A stretch of 64,000 bases of DNA from Nostoc sp. UHCC 0870 (GCF_022063185.1 NZ_CP091913.1:4563141-4627140), one strand, 5' to 3'; positions 11,134-20,738 are shown, numbered from the stretch's first letter. Translations and numbers: made by a program. Notes: generated by a model from the letters alone, not told the origin.

Positions 11134-11172
11134 AAAAAACCGTAGTTGTTCCCCTACGGTTTTTTTATTTTG
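11134..11172. terminator. bidirectional intrinsic terminator (8-bp stem aaccgtag/ctacggtt, A-run before and T-run after)
   Basis: aaaaaaccgtagttgttcccctacggttttttta read directly from the sequence. Confidence 0.6.
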
Positions 11173-11288
11173 CTATAAATACTCATTTTTAATATTTTTC
11201 ATTGTATCGCTAAGTAAAGATTTTCTAGTGATTTTACCACACCGAAAACAATACTTTATGAATAAAAATAAAGTATAGCTTTACAAAA

Positions 11289-11681
11289 ATGTTAATTATG
11301 TGGTTAAAAAAAATTGGCGGCTTGGTTGCAATACTCTCATTATCATTTAGTGGTATGGCAATAGCTGAAACCACAAAAGATAATTTTTATCTGCAAGTAG
11401 GTTCTAATAGAAATGGTGATCCAATTGTTTTAGATTTGGCATCTGTAAAAGGAACTGAATATACTCTGTTAGAACAGCATGGTAATGGCATAGAAAGAAG
11501 AACTCTGCGTGCTGCTTGTATTCAAGGCAGATTGTTCTCTAGAAGATTAGCTGTCTATGAATCTAATGGTCATTTGACTCGTGTTGATAAAACAGAGCAA
11601 GAAATTTTTCCTAAACCCAGAAGTGCTGATGCTAACTCTATGGAAATTGTTTGTCGTGTAGCAGCTAATAGGACAAAGTAA
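11289..11681 (+). CDS. hypothetical secreted protein (signal peptide)
   Basis: N-terminal hydrophobic signal (LVAILSLSFSGMAIAE). No recognisable domain. Preceded by an AT-rich region. Confidence 0.4.
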   Translation: MLIMWLKKIGGLVAILSLSFSGMAIAETTKDNFYLQVGSNRNGDPIVLDLASVKGTEYTLLEQHGNGIERRTLRAACIQGRLFSRRLAVYESNGHLTRVDKTEQEIFPKPRSADANSMEIVCRVAANRTK

Positions 11682-11820
11682 TGGCTTTTTTTGCATTGCC
11701 ATTTAATGGAAATTTACTTAGGGTATTTTTTCCTATTTAGAAGAAATACATAGTCATTTTTACAGAAACTTTTGTAAGTTTTTAAGAGTCTTGACATTAT
11801 AAATTCTGTAAAAATCACCA

Positions 11821-13218
11821 ATGTATTCTAATAACCAGGGAATTCCCGGATTGCCCGATTTAACACATCCAACAGAGCTAGTGCAAATTGGTTCTCAATT
11901 ACTCCCGGCTTTGATATTATTAGTATTTTTAGTCATAGCTTTGGGAGTAGCGATCGCTATAATCAGTTTTACGTTACGAAGTCATCCAGCAGAACAAAAA
12001 GTTGTCATTGGTGATTGGACAATTCGTTACTCACAAATGTTATGGGGATTGCAGCATCTATCGTTGGTATTAGTGCTGTTGGTTGCAGGATTTTTTCTGT
12101 GTTCGACTTTAAGCAATCGTTATCACCATTGGGAACAAGCCAAAGTTACTCAAGTAGCTCAAAGTGTCGCTGGGGATAAGCTAGAACAAAGTGTCCCCCA
12201 AGTGCGCTATGTAATGCAGGAGGCCTTTAGCTATACAACTCAGGTGAATGGCAAAATAGTTAAAGTTAACGACAAGCGAGAAGTTAACCGTTTACTAGCG
12301 TTGGCAGGGTCACAAATTTTAGTAAAATTAGATCAAAGTACAGATGTACAGAACCGTAGCGCAATTTACCGCGTAGACTATACTGCTGAATACAAAGTAG
12401 TTAACCGCCTCAATAATATTGATAGTTTCTTTTTTGAAGCACAGCCACCCATTGGCTATTCACTGCTGTCTAACTATAAAATAGAGCGCGATCGCACCAG
12501 ACTAGAGTCTGTCGAACCAGGGAATTATAGTTTTGCTTTCCAGTTAAAACCAGGAGAAGAAACTAGCTTTCGCGTCACCTATAAAGCGGAAGGCGGATCA
12601 CGTTGGGTTTATAACGCCGCAGGACAGTTGCTTTCTAACTTCCGTCTGACAGCAATTGCTAACTTTCCTGGTGCTGACTTTGCGAGTGGTGTTATCCCCA
12701 GGGAGACGAAACTTGATGGACGCAACACTCAATTTACTTGGATATTCGACGATAACGTGTCTGTGAAAAATCCCTTTGGAGTCTTCACCAACACTAACCC
12801 CATTCGTGAAACTGGTATTCTTCCGAGGCTGTTATTGCTTGCGCCAGCTTTATTTTTGTGGTGGATATTATTACTTTATTTATCCATCCCCATGAATTTA
12901 AAAAATGTCGCGATCGCTGCTAGTATCTTCTTTGCTTGTCTGTTGACTTTAACCTATCTCAGCCGCTTTATGAATGCTCAGTTGGCTTGGACAATGATTT
13001 CCCTGATTTTACTCACATTATCATGGGGATTAGGTTACAGTCGTAGTGCTTCAATCGCGGCAGTTATCTGTACTATTGCTGGGGGAATATTACCCGTGTT
13101 TGGCTTATTAGTTCCGTTTAGCGGTTTGACTTTAAGTGTCGCTGGTTTGTTATCCGCTATTTGGTTAGCTGTACGTCACTGGTATGGCTGGTATGCTTTG
13201 CAACCTGAAGATAAATAA
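11821..13218 (+). CDS. membrane protein with CreD-like architecture (1 N-terminal TM, a periplasmic domain of about 250 aa, a C-terminal TM cluster)
   Basis: Topology inferred from the hydrophobic segments. Only architectural resemblance to cell-envelope integrity protein CreD; the name is not secure. Confidence 0.45.
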   Translation: MYSNNQGIPGLPDLTHPTELVQIGSQLLPALILLVFLVIALGVAIAIISFTLRSHPAEQKVVIGDWTIRYSQMLWGLQHLSLVLVLLVAGFFLCSTLSNRYHHWEQAKVTQVAQSVAGDKLEQSVPQVRYVMQEAFSYTTQVNGKIVKVNDKREVNRLLALAGSQILVKLDQSTDVQNRSAIYRVDYTAEYKVVNRLNNIDSFFFEAQPPIGYSLLSNYKIERDRTRLESVEPGNYSFAFQLKPGEETSFRVTYKAEGGSRWVYNAAGQLLSNFRLTAIANFPGADFASGVIPRETKLDGRNTQFTWIFDDNVSVKNPFGVFTNTNPIRETGILPRLLLLAPALFLWWILLLYLSIPMNLKNVAIAASIFFACLLTLTYLSRFMNAQLAWTMISLILLTLSWGLGYSRSASIAAVICTIAGGILPVFGLLVPFSGLTLSVAGLLSAIWLAVRHWYGWYALQPEDK

Positions 13219-13383
13219 TTTGTGTAAATATTTATTATGGTGATGCGAGTAGCTGCGATCGCACCCCTAATTTGCCACTTTTCAAACTAGCGTATACTTG
13301 CTAACAACTGACATTGATATTTTGAGTATCTGTTGTGTCATTTCTGCATCTACCCATCAGGAGTATATACCACAGCATAAATT

Positions 13384-13827
13384 ATGCTTAGTAGCGTTGA
13401 TCGTTTATTGTTTGTCCGCCGAGTCCCGATTTTTAAGGAACTGCGGGATGATTTTATTGTACGCCTGACTTCAGTGATGCACGAGTTGCATTTTTCCGCC
13501 AATCACACTATTTTCAGACAGGGAGAAGAAGGGCGATCTCTATATATAGTTGTCTCAGGTAGAGTGAAAGTTCATATTGGAGATAAACAACTAGCAGTCG
13601 TAGAACAGGGAAAATATTTTGGGGAGATGGCAGTATTTGATACTCAACCCCGTTCTGCTAACGTCACAACTTTAGAATCTTGCGAATTTTTGGAACTAAC
13701 CCAAGAACAACTCTATGATGCCATTGAAGAAACTCCCGAAATCGCAGTGAATATTATTCGTGAGTTATCACGTCTAGTTCGCCGACTGAATGAAAATATC
13801 AACGTCACGGTTTCAGGTAGGCATTAA
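13384..13827 (+). CDS. cyclic nucleotide-binding domain protein (no DNA-binding domain)
   Basis: cNMP-binding signature FGEMAVFD...RSANVTT. The 147-aa length leaves no room for an HTH. Confidence 0.7.
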   Translation: MLSSVDRLLFVRRVPIFKELRDDFIVRLTSVMHELHFSANHTIFRQGEEGRSLYIVVSGRVKVHIGDKQLAVVEQGKYFGEMAVFDTQPRSANVTTLESCEFLELTQEQLYDAIEETPEIAVNIIRELSRLVRRLNENINVTVSGRH

Positions 13828-13942
13828 CCAGAACGCTGAATATATTAAGGTAAGCCTGGTGATGAGTTAATTAGTCCCGATTTGCCATCCAGTGCATAAA
13901 CAATTGAAGTCAGACATATCAAATTGATGTAAAGACGGTAAA

Positions 13943-14434
13943 TTGGTAATGCGAATGAAAAGCTTAACTCTGAACTCGAAGATGATTTTAGGAAGTTTTA
14001 TGACCTTAAGCTTCCTCTACCTTAACCCTCAACCTTCAATGGCACAACTTAACTGTAACGTGGTGGAATCATTTGGTAATGCTTCCCAGTCACAGATTTT
14101 GAGAGAACTGAATAACCGCCTCGCAGGAGGAAGTCACAATATCAACAGACGTAAAGATTTACGAATTAATCAGGTAGAGAATGTTTCTTTTAATGGTTGT
14201 CGGATAACAGTTAAAACCAATGTAACTTTAGAACGAAAGATTCGCCGAGATGCCCACGGAACGGTGACAATACGTGCAGATATCACATCTTTTAGCTTAC
14301 CGAATCGGCAATTATGTTATGAAAATGCAAAAGTGACTGATGTGAGTTTGAGTAGAACTCTAGGTATTGGCGAAGCTGTGTATAAATGGGTAGCAAATAG
14401 AGTCCTTCCCAATAAAGATTGTTTAGGCGTTTAA
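13943..14434 (+). CDS. hypothetical secreted protein
   Basis: Signal-peptide-like N-terminus (ILGSFMTLSFLYLNPQPSMAQ). Contains cysteines and no known domain. Confidence 0.4.
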   Translation: MVMRMKSLTLNSKMILGSFMTLSFLYLNPQPSMAQLNCNVVESFGNASQSQILRELNNRLAGGSHNINRRKDLRINQVENVSFNGCRITVKTNVTLERKIRRDAHGTVTIRADITSFSLPNRQLCYENAKVTDVSLSRTLGIGEAVYKWVANRVLPNKDCLGV

Positions 14435-15919
14435 TTCAGTATGAAATATTTCCCGACATTGGCTAATAAACTGTCGGGGAATATCTACACTTTCCCCCCA
14501 GTGCAGATGAATATAAGAAGCATGAATATTTATTGGTAAACCCCATCCCTCGCATCCCAGATTCTCTTCCACATCGTAGCGATAAGTAGTAAACAAAGGC
14601 TGATCAGGATTTGAGATGACATGAGAACGATGGAATTCATGTCCATAAATATTTGTTCCTGCATTGACTAGCAGACTATCTTGTAAAGCCACAGCGCGAC
14701 GATAGCCCAAAGTCAGCTTTTTATCCATCATCGCTGATGTGGGTAATGTTCCCACCATCGGCCAAGATTCACCCTCAAAATCAACTATTTGCTCACATAA
14801 ATACATCAACCCCCCACACTCTGCAATGGTGGGCATTCCTGACACAATAGCTTGTTTAACACTATCACGGGCATTAGTATTAGCTGCTAATTGTTGAGCA
14901 AATACCTCTGGAAAACCACCCCCAAAATACATTCCCTGCACACCTTGGGGTAATTCATCTGCTAAGGGACTCCAAAAGACCAATTCTGCACCTAAATGTT
15001 GCAGGATGTCTAAATTATCTTGATAGTAGAAATTAAAAGCGCGATCGCGTGCAACTGCAATTTTAACAGGCATGGGACATGGGGCATGGGGAAGAACTTC
15101 TACCTTTTCCCCAGTCCCCAATCCCCAATCCCCAGTCCCCAACAAAGGTAATAAAGTTTCCCAGTCAAAGCAAGTATCACCTAAATCAGCGAGACGAGTG
15201 ATTACAGCGTCTAATTCGGGGAGTTCGGCGGTAGGGATTAAACCTAAATGGCGATCGGGAATGGTAATGTTATCTTGACGACGTAAAACGCCAAGAATAG
15301 GTAAATGTAAGGGTTCGAGGGAATTTTTGAGGAGAGAGAGATGGCGATCGCTACCTACACGATTCAGCACTAAACCCGCTATTTTAATTCTAGGGTCAAA
15401 GGAGCAATAACCGTGAGCGATCGCCGCCACAGAACCAGATAATCGACTACAATCAAGCACCAACACCACAGGTAAATCCAACAGTCGCGCAATGTGCGCC
15501 GTACTAGCAAAATCAGTGCTGAGTAAATTCTCTTCCCCAGTCCCCAGTCCCCAGTCCCCAGTCCCCTTCACCCCATCAAACAACCCCATTACCCCTTCAA
15601 CTAAAGCGTATTCACTCTCTTGATGATGAGCAAAACACTGCCGAACGTAAGCTTCTGAAGTCAAAACTGGGTCTAAATTCCGACACGCAAGACCTGTGAC
15701 ATAAGTATGAAACATCGGGTCAATATAATCTGGCCCGACCTTGAAAGATTGCACCACAGCACCACGCCGAGATAAAGATGCTAAAAGGGTAAGAGTGACT
15801 GTTGTCTTACCCACTCCACTACGTTCCCCAGCAATAACTAAAGCCATAAAAGCAGGATAGGAGATGTTCACTACCTTGGATATTAGAAGAGTAGTATACC
15901 GTCTTATCCACAATTCCAA
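14423..15919 (-). CDS. cobB: cobyrinate a,c-diamide synthase (CobB/CbiA); carries two in-frame heptamer-repeat-derived insertions
   Basis: N-terminal P-loop region (AGERSGVGKTTVTLTLLASL), a CbiA domain and a C-terminal glutamine amidotransferase region. The GDWGLGTGE segments are encoded by CCCCAGT-type repeats at 15108-15142 and 15539-15572. Confidence 0.8.
   Translation of the reverse strand: MELWIRRYTTLLISKVVNISYPAFMALVIAGERSGVGKTTVTLTLLASLSRRGAVVQSFKVGPDYIDPMFHTYVTGLACRNLDPVLTSEAYVRQCFAHHQESEYALVEGVMGLFDGVKGTGDWGLGTGEENLLSTDFASTAHIARLLDLPVVLVLDCSRLSGSVAAIAHGYCSFDPRIKIAGLVLNRVGSDRHLSLLKNSLEPLHLPILGVLRRQDNITIPDRHLGLIPTAELPELDAVITRLADLGDTCFDWETLLPLLGTGDWGLGTGEKVEVLPHAPCPMPVKIAVARDRAFNFYYQDNLDILQHLGAELVFWSPLADELPQGVQGMYFGGGFPEVFAQQLAANTNARDSVKQAIVSGMPTIAECGGLMYLCEQIVDFEGESWPMVGTLPTSAMMDKKLTLGYRRAVALQDSLLVNAGTNIYGHEFHRSHVISNPDQPLFTTYRYDVEENLGCEGWGLPINIHASYIHLHWGESVDIPRQFISQCREIFHTELNA
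15108..15142. repeat. heptanucleotide array inside the cobB CDS (CCCCAGT/CCCCAAT)
   Basis: ccccagtccccaatccccaatccccagtcccca lies within the open reading frame. Confidence 0.85.
15539..15572. repeat. heptanucleotide array inside the cobB CDS (CCCCAGT x4-5)
   Basis: ccccagtccccagtccccagtccccagtcccc lies within the open reading frame. Confidence 0.85.
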
Positions 15920-15950
15920 CTTGGCACTACTTACCTAATAGTTGCGTCAC

Positions 15951-16007
15951 GTTCGTAGTAAGGACTTTAGTCCTGATTTTTCTAAGGACTAAAGTCCTTA
16001 CTACAAA
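15951..16007. repeat. small palindromic interspersed element, copy 1 (GTTCGTAGTAAGGACTTTAGTCC...GGACTAAAGTCCTTACTAC)
   Basis: A hairpin-forming inverted repeat. Homologous copies occur at 54328-54382 and 59992-60046. Confidence 0.8.
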
Positions 16008-16064
16008 CTTACATAGAAGGTTGTAAATTAAGCTCAATTATTAAGTATAAATATTTAGACAGTA

Positions 16065-18236
16065 ATGCCGAACCAATTCCAGCACAAAAATAGAAGTTTT
16101 TCCCCCTACTCCCTCTTTCCATTCCTTAAGCGTCTTCTCCCAGTTTTGTTTGCCATATCATTGGCTATAACCTTGCTACTGGGAAACTTTACTCCCGTAA
16201 CTGCTCAATTACCACAGTCACCTCGTCAAGAAATCCGTGGGGTTTGGCTAACGAATAATGACTTTGACATCCTCAGAAATCGCGCTAAAGTACAGGATAC
16301 ATTTGCTCAGTTACGGCGATTGAACTTTAACACAGTTTATCCGGTGGTTTGGAATGATGGTTATGCAAAATATCCCAGCGCAGTAACGCAACGCATGGGT
16401 ATTCCTTTTTTCTTCAAAGGGACAGAAGGCCAAGATGTAATTGCAGATATTGTTAGTCAAGCCCGCCGTCAAGGTTTATTAGCGATACCTTGGTTTGAGT
16501 TTGGCTTCATGACTCCCCTGAGTTCAGAACTCGCATCCCAGCATCCAGAGTGGTTGACGCAAAAGCAAGATGGAACTCAAACTTCTATTTCGGCTGCGGG
16601 TGAGGTAGCATGGCTGAATCCTTTCCGCCCAGAAGTACAACAGTTTATTACTGACCTTGTGGTAGAAATCATTAGTAAATATGACGCTGATGGTATTCAA
16701 TTTGACGACCACATGAGTTTACCTGTTGATTTTGGGTACGACAAATACACAATTAACTTATACACTCAGGAAACTGGGAGTCCCCCGCCCCCTAATCCTC
16801 AAGCTCAAGCATGGATGAAATGGCGAGCAGATAAAATCACAGCCTTTATGGTGCAACTTAACCAAGCTGTGAAAGCCATAAAACCCAGTGCAATTTTCTC
16901 GGTTTCTCCCAATTACTATAACTTTGCCTACAAATTTCAACTCCAAGACTGGCTTAATTGGGTGCGGTTAGGTGTTGTCGATGAGTTACTAGTACAAGTT
17001 TATCGGGATAATCTGCCAAGTTTTGTCAGTACAATTATTACCCCAGAAATTATAGAGTCACAACAATTAATACCTACTGGTATAGGTATTATGACTGGGT
17101 TAAGAAATCGCCCAGTTTCCATACAACAAATACAGTCTCAAGTACGGGCGGCTCAAGAACGTGGTTTAGGTGCAGTCTTTTTCTATTATGAAAGCCTTTG
17201 GGACTATGGTACAGAACCAGTGGCGCAGCGTCAGGCTGGGTTTCAAGCACTGTTTCCTAATCCGGTGGTACGTGATACTTCCCAAGTCATAGCCCGTAAA
17301 CCCAGTTTTGATACTATATCAGTTCCCTTATATTCCAGGGGTGCAAGCGGTTATTTCCTAGAGGTGGCAGTAGCTAACGGTCAGCCAAGACGTGTTCTTA
17401 TGGATACAGGCTCGGCGGGGCTAAGAGTTCCTAGAGAGTTTTTAGGCAATGCCCCCATTAACAGAACGGGTCAAATCGTTAGGGAGGTATTAAGTGATGG
17501 TACTATCTTAGAAGGAGAGATAGTTTACACTAATTTACGCATTGGTTTGGTTGCCACAGAAGAACCTGTTCCTGTGCAAGTTGTTACTAGCCGCCAATGT
17601 ACCCCACAAAAACCTAATTGTTCTGCCAAAAGTGGTACACCGTTTGCCGGTATTATCGGAGTCAATTATTCAGAACGCACACTTCCCTATAATCCCTTGA
17701 GAAAACTACCAGGAAATCTAAGTAACGGATTCATCGTGACGGGGAATCGTGGTAGTAGTAACGGTAGTCTTATTCTCGGTTTAACTGCACAGAATCGCGT
17801 AGGGTTTAAAATAGCTTCCCTGAGTCAACAACCTGCGATTAATGGTATTCCTGGCAACAGATGGGACTCTAGACTCAATGGAGTTTGTTTAGCGATCGCA
17901 GCCAGTTCTATGAAAAATACCTGCAATGCCAGAATGGTAGTTGATTCTGGAGTAAACAGCAGTTTAATTGATTTTAAATCTGCTTCCCTAATGGGTAAAC
18001 TCAAACCCGGAAGATTACGCCCACAAAATACAGTGAAACTATCAATTCCTCGTGTGTTTGACTACAGCATTACCCCAGGAAACACCAACGGGGTGAATGT
18101 GTGGAATGTCAATGTTTCTCCACAGTTAGACCAGCCTGTGGTGGTGAATAGTGGGATGAGATTTTTCAACAGATATGATGTACTGTTTGATCCAGTAAAT
18201 GGAAGACAAGGTTTTCGCGATCGCACTAAAGCCTAG
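16065..18236 (+). CDS. glycoside hydrolase-like 10 (GHL10/DUF187) lipoprotein-like protein with a C-terminal extension of about 330 aa that carries two D-T/S-G motifs
   Basis: The N-terminal 400 aa resemble family-10-like glycosyl hydrolases (IRGVWLTNNDF..., WFEFGFM). The C-terminal part contains LMDTGSAGL and VVDSGVNSSL, suggesting a bilobed aspartic-peptidase-like fold. That last point is inference. Confidence 0.55.
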   Translation: MPNQFQHKNRSFSPYSLFPFLKRLLPVLFAISLAITLLLGNFTPVTAQLPQSPRQEIRGVWLTNNDFDILRNRAKVQDTFAQLRRLNFNTVYPVVWNDGYAKYPSAVTQRMGIPFFFKGTEGQDVIADIVSQARRQGLLAIPWFEFGFMTPLSSELASQHPEWLTQKQDGTQTSISAAGEVAWLNPFRPEVQQFITDLVVEIISKYDADGIQFDDHMSLPVDFGYDKYTINLYTQETGSPPPPNPQAQAWMKWRADKITAFMVQLNQAVKAIKPSAIFSVSPNYYNFAYKFQLQDWLNWVRLGVVDELLVQVYRDNLPSFVSTIITPEIIESQQLIPTGIGIMTGLRNRPVSIQQIQSQVRAAQERGLGAVFFYYESLWDYGTEPVAQRQAGFQALFPNPVVRDTSQVIARKPSFDTISVPLYSRGASGYFLEVAVANGQPRRVLMDTGSAGLRVPREFLGNAPINRTGQIVREVLSDGTILEGEIVYTNLRIGLVATEEPVPVQVVTSRQCTPQKPNCSAKSGTPFAGIIGVNYSERTLPYNPLRKLPGNLSNGFIVTGNRGSSNGSLILGLTAQNRVGFKIASLSQQPAINGIPGNRWDSRLNGVCLAIAASSMKNTCNARMVVDSGVNSSLIDFKSASLMGKLKPGRLRPQNTVKLSIPRVFDYSITPGNTNGVNVWNVNVSPQLDQPVVVNSGMRFFNRYDVLFDPVNGRQGFRDRTKA

Positions 18237-18288
18237 TACCCTCATTCTGGAAATTTGGCAGGATAGGACGGAGTATCAGGCTATTTGC

Positions 18289-19161
18289 TCATCGTGCTTC
18301 TAGCCATGACTCTAAATCAACCACACCAGTAAAATCTAACAGTGCCTCGCTCAAATCTTCCAGAACAGGCAAAGGCAACCCAAAAACTGAAGAGCGTATT
18401 TCTTCGGGAAGTTCTTGCCCAAATCGTTTAGCCAACTGTCGAGAAATAGCATTAGCCATCACTTCTCGTCCTTCCTCTCGTCCTTCTTCTCGTCCTTCCT
18501 CTCGCCCTTCCTCTTTAATTTCTCGGTAAACTTTTGTTTCCTTGAGCGTTATTCCTAGCATGGACTCTACCTCCATTCGGCTTAATTTTTCAAACCTGTA
18601 CACTATAATCGTTGTTATCATCTCTATTATGGCGCGACTCTCTGGTTGAGATACTTCTTGACTACTTCTAGTTAATAAATACCTTGCTTCTTCTGGAGCT
18701 TGTTCTTCCTCTACTGTAGTCAATACCATCAATGCTACCCATATAGGTAATTGACGAATATCTCCTATTTCGTCTAAATATACCCGATGTACTTGTCCAC
18801 CATTCAGAAATGAACGGTGAGGATAAATCTTACTTTGTTCAATATTACGCGACGGATAAATGATCACCGCTTGCCAGTCGCTAAATTGATTACAGTTGCG
18901 GTAGAAATATAAAGATGATTCAGCAAATACCCTTTCATAAAGCTGTTCATCTTTCTGAAACTGCACCTCGCAGAAATATACAACCCCTGCACCTTCGTTT
19001 TCGGGGGGTAAAAATACCCCGTCTATTTCAAATTTTGGTTCTTTGACAGCCACTGAATTAAAACGATAAGCATCTGCATTTTCTGGGTGATTTGTCAATA
19101 ATTCAAATAATAATGCAGGAGATTGTTGAAATAGTTTGTAAAAGATTGAGTCTCGTCGCAT
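18289..19161 (-). CDS. Rpn-family recombination-promoting nuclease / putative transposase (PD-(D/E)XK, transposase_31-like) with a DUF4351-like C-terminus
   Basis: The N-terminus MRRDSIFYKLFQQSPALLFELL... is characteristic of the cyanobacterial Rpn/YhgA-like family. An internal (EEGR)n tract is encoded by a 12-bp tandem repeat at about 18440-18500. Confidence 0.6.
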   Translation of the reverse strand: MRRDSIFYKLFQQSPALLFELLTNHPENADAYRFNSVAVKEPKFEIDGVFLPPENEGAGVVYFCEVQFQKDEQLYERVFAESSLYFYRNCNQFSDWQAVIIYPSRNIEQSKIYPHRSFLNGGQVHRVYLDEIGDIRQLPIWVALMVLTTVEEEQAPEEARYLLTRSSQEVSQPESRAIIEMITTIIVYRFEKLSRMEVESMLGITLKETKVYREIKEEGREEGREEGREEGREVMANAISRQLAKRFGQELPEEIRSSVFGLPLPVLEDLSEALLDFTGVVDLESWLEAR

Positions 19162-19321
19162 GAAAAGATTTTACCAGCCTATCAAAACTTTTGTGCCAAA
19201 CATGAGAACCCCAGTTTTGATGCAACTGGGGTTCTCAGGTCAAAGATATCTTTAGTATCTGAGCTAACTTATACCAATTTTCCAAAATCAAGCAGCCCTA
19301 ATTTTGAATTTTGAATTGGTA

Positions 19322-20701
19322 TTAACTCTTCACTTCTAACTTCAATACTTGCCCAATCACTGCTAGGCTTTCTTCAAATAATGCCTCACGACCCCAGCGT
19401 TGTACCTGTTGACTTAGTAACGCTTCCGCTTTTTGTTCTGATAAAGAACTCACCTGTTGGAATAAACCCGCAGATTGTGCGCCGCCGTGGGTTTCCATCC
19501 GCATACACCCACCAGTCTCAGAGCAAATGACAGTACCGCAGTCTGCTTGAGCATTAGTTGAACTCAGACGCAGGGCAATCAAATCACCCATAATCTCACC
19601 CACATCTGCAACTGGAACGCCAGCTAATTCTGCTTCTACTTGTCGTTGATTTGGGGCGACGAAGTGAATGCGGGTGATGTCATAATCACCACTTTCCTTT
19701 TTATAGGAAACTGGCTGCCATTGCAAACGACTCGCCAACCAACCCAAAAATAGTAATGCTTGGGCTGGGTTGCCTTTTTCGTAATCAAGTGTCACACGGT
19801 CAATTTCTCCCAAAGCCGCGCGACGGTGGGGAGAATCGTAAGCTTCAGCTGTCAATTCTTGCCATGCTGCGAGTCTACGCCAGTTTAAATCAGCTAGGGG
19901 TACACCAATTTCTACTAACTCGTGGAGGCTGATTAAATCGCTTTCTGGCTCGTTGAAATTACAAGAATCAACAATTACATTATTGCAAACTGCCGCCAGT
20001 CGCTTAAATAGTGCATTGTTGGGGTCTGGTGTAGCTTTCCACCAGAGGAACTTGGGCAAACCACCAATTAACAAAGCTGGAATCATCCCGCCGATTCGTT
20101 CCAAGGCTGTGGCAGTGCCACTCAAGGTAATGTATTCGCAACAAATTAGTGTGCTGGAAGACTGCTTTTGAATCGGGCAGTAGGCAGAAACCTGCGCCTT
20201 TACACCTTCATCTTCGCCAGCAATAGGACACAAAGCAATAATCCGGCAAGGGTTGCGGAGGGCGATTTCGTCAGCAATTCTGGGGCTGGTGGAGTTCAAA
20301 CTATAGGAAGTAATACCGTTGGCAATTTCTCCTGTAGCTGCATTACCTTGACGTTTAGCAAATTCTTCGCGCAGTTTAGCTAAAGTTTCGGGTGTGGTTG
20401 TTCCGGTTTCTATCAGCCCATACTTGGTTTGCACTTGTCGCAAAGCTGCATCTGTTTGTGGGCCTAGAATGCCATCAATTGGGCCATTGTAGAATCCCAG
20501 AGATGCCAACAGATATTGGGTTTCTTCTGGTTCGTAAACTACTAAAGTAAAAGTAGTAGCGCGAGTAGCCGCAGGTAATGCACCATCTTCGCCAGTGATG
20601 CCGTAGCTTTGCCAAATCTGATTTAGTTCCGTTTCAATTTCGTTGAGCGAAATATCCTTGGGGGCTTGTAGTGAAAAAATAGTTGGGGCTTGGGAAATCA
20701 T
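19322..20701 (-). CDS. opcA: glucose-6-phosphate dehydrogenase assembly protein OpcA
   Basis: The N-terminus MISQAPTIFSLQAPKDISLNEIETELNQIWQSY is typical of OpcA. The gene lies immediately downstream of zwf in the same orientation. Confidence 0.85.
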   Translation of the reverse strand: MISQAPTIFSLQAPKDISLNEIETELNQIWQSYGITGEDGALPAATRATTFTLVVYEPEETQYLLASLGFYNGPIDGILGPQTDAALRQVQTKYGLIETGTTTPETLAKLREEFAKRQGNAATGEIANGITSYSLNSTSPRIADEIALRNPCRIIALCPIAGEDEGVKAQVSAYCPIQKQSSSTLICCEYITLSGTATALERIGGMIPALLIGGLPKFLWWKATPDPNNALFKRLAAVCNNVIVDSCNFNEPESDLISLHELVEIGVPLADLNWRRLAAWQELTAEAYDSPHRRAALGEIDRVTLDYEKGNPAQALLFLGWLASRLQWQPVSYKKESGDYDITRIHFVAPNQRQVEAELAGVPVADVGEIMGDLIALRLSSTNAQADCGTVICSETGGCMRMETHGGAQSAGLFQQVSSLSEQKAEALLSQQVQRWGREALFEESLAVIGQVLKLEVKS

Positions 20702-20738
20702 AGTAGTTGTGGTTTTGTCAGTGATCAGTTTGAATTGA

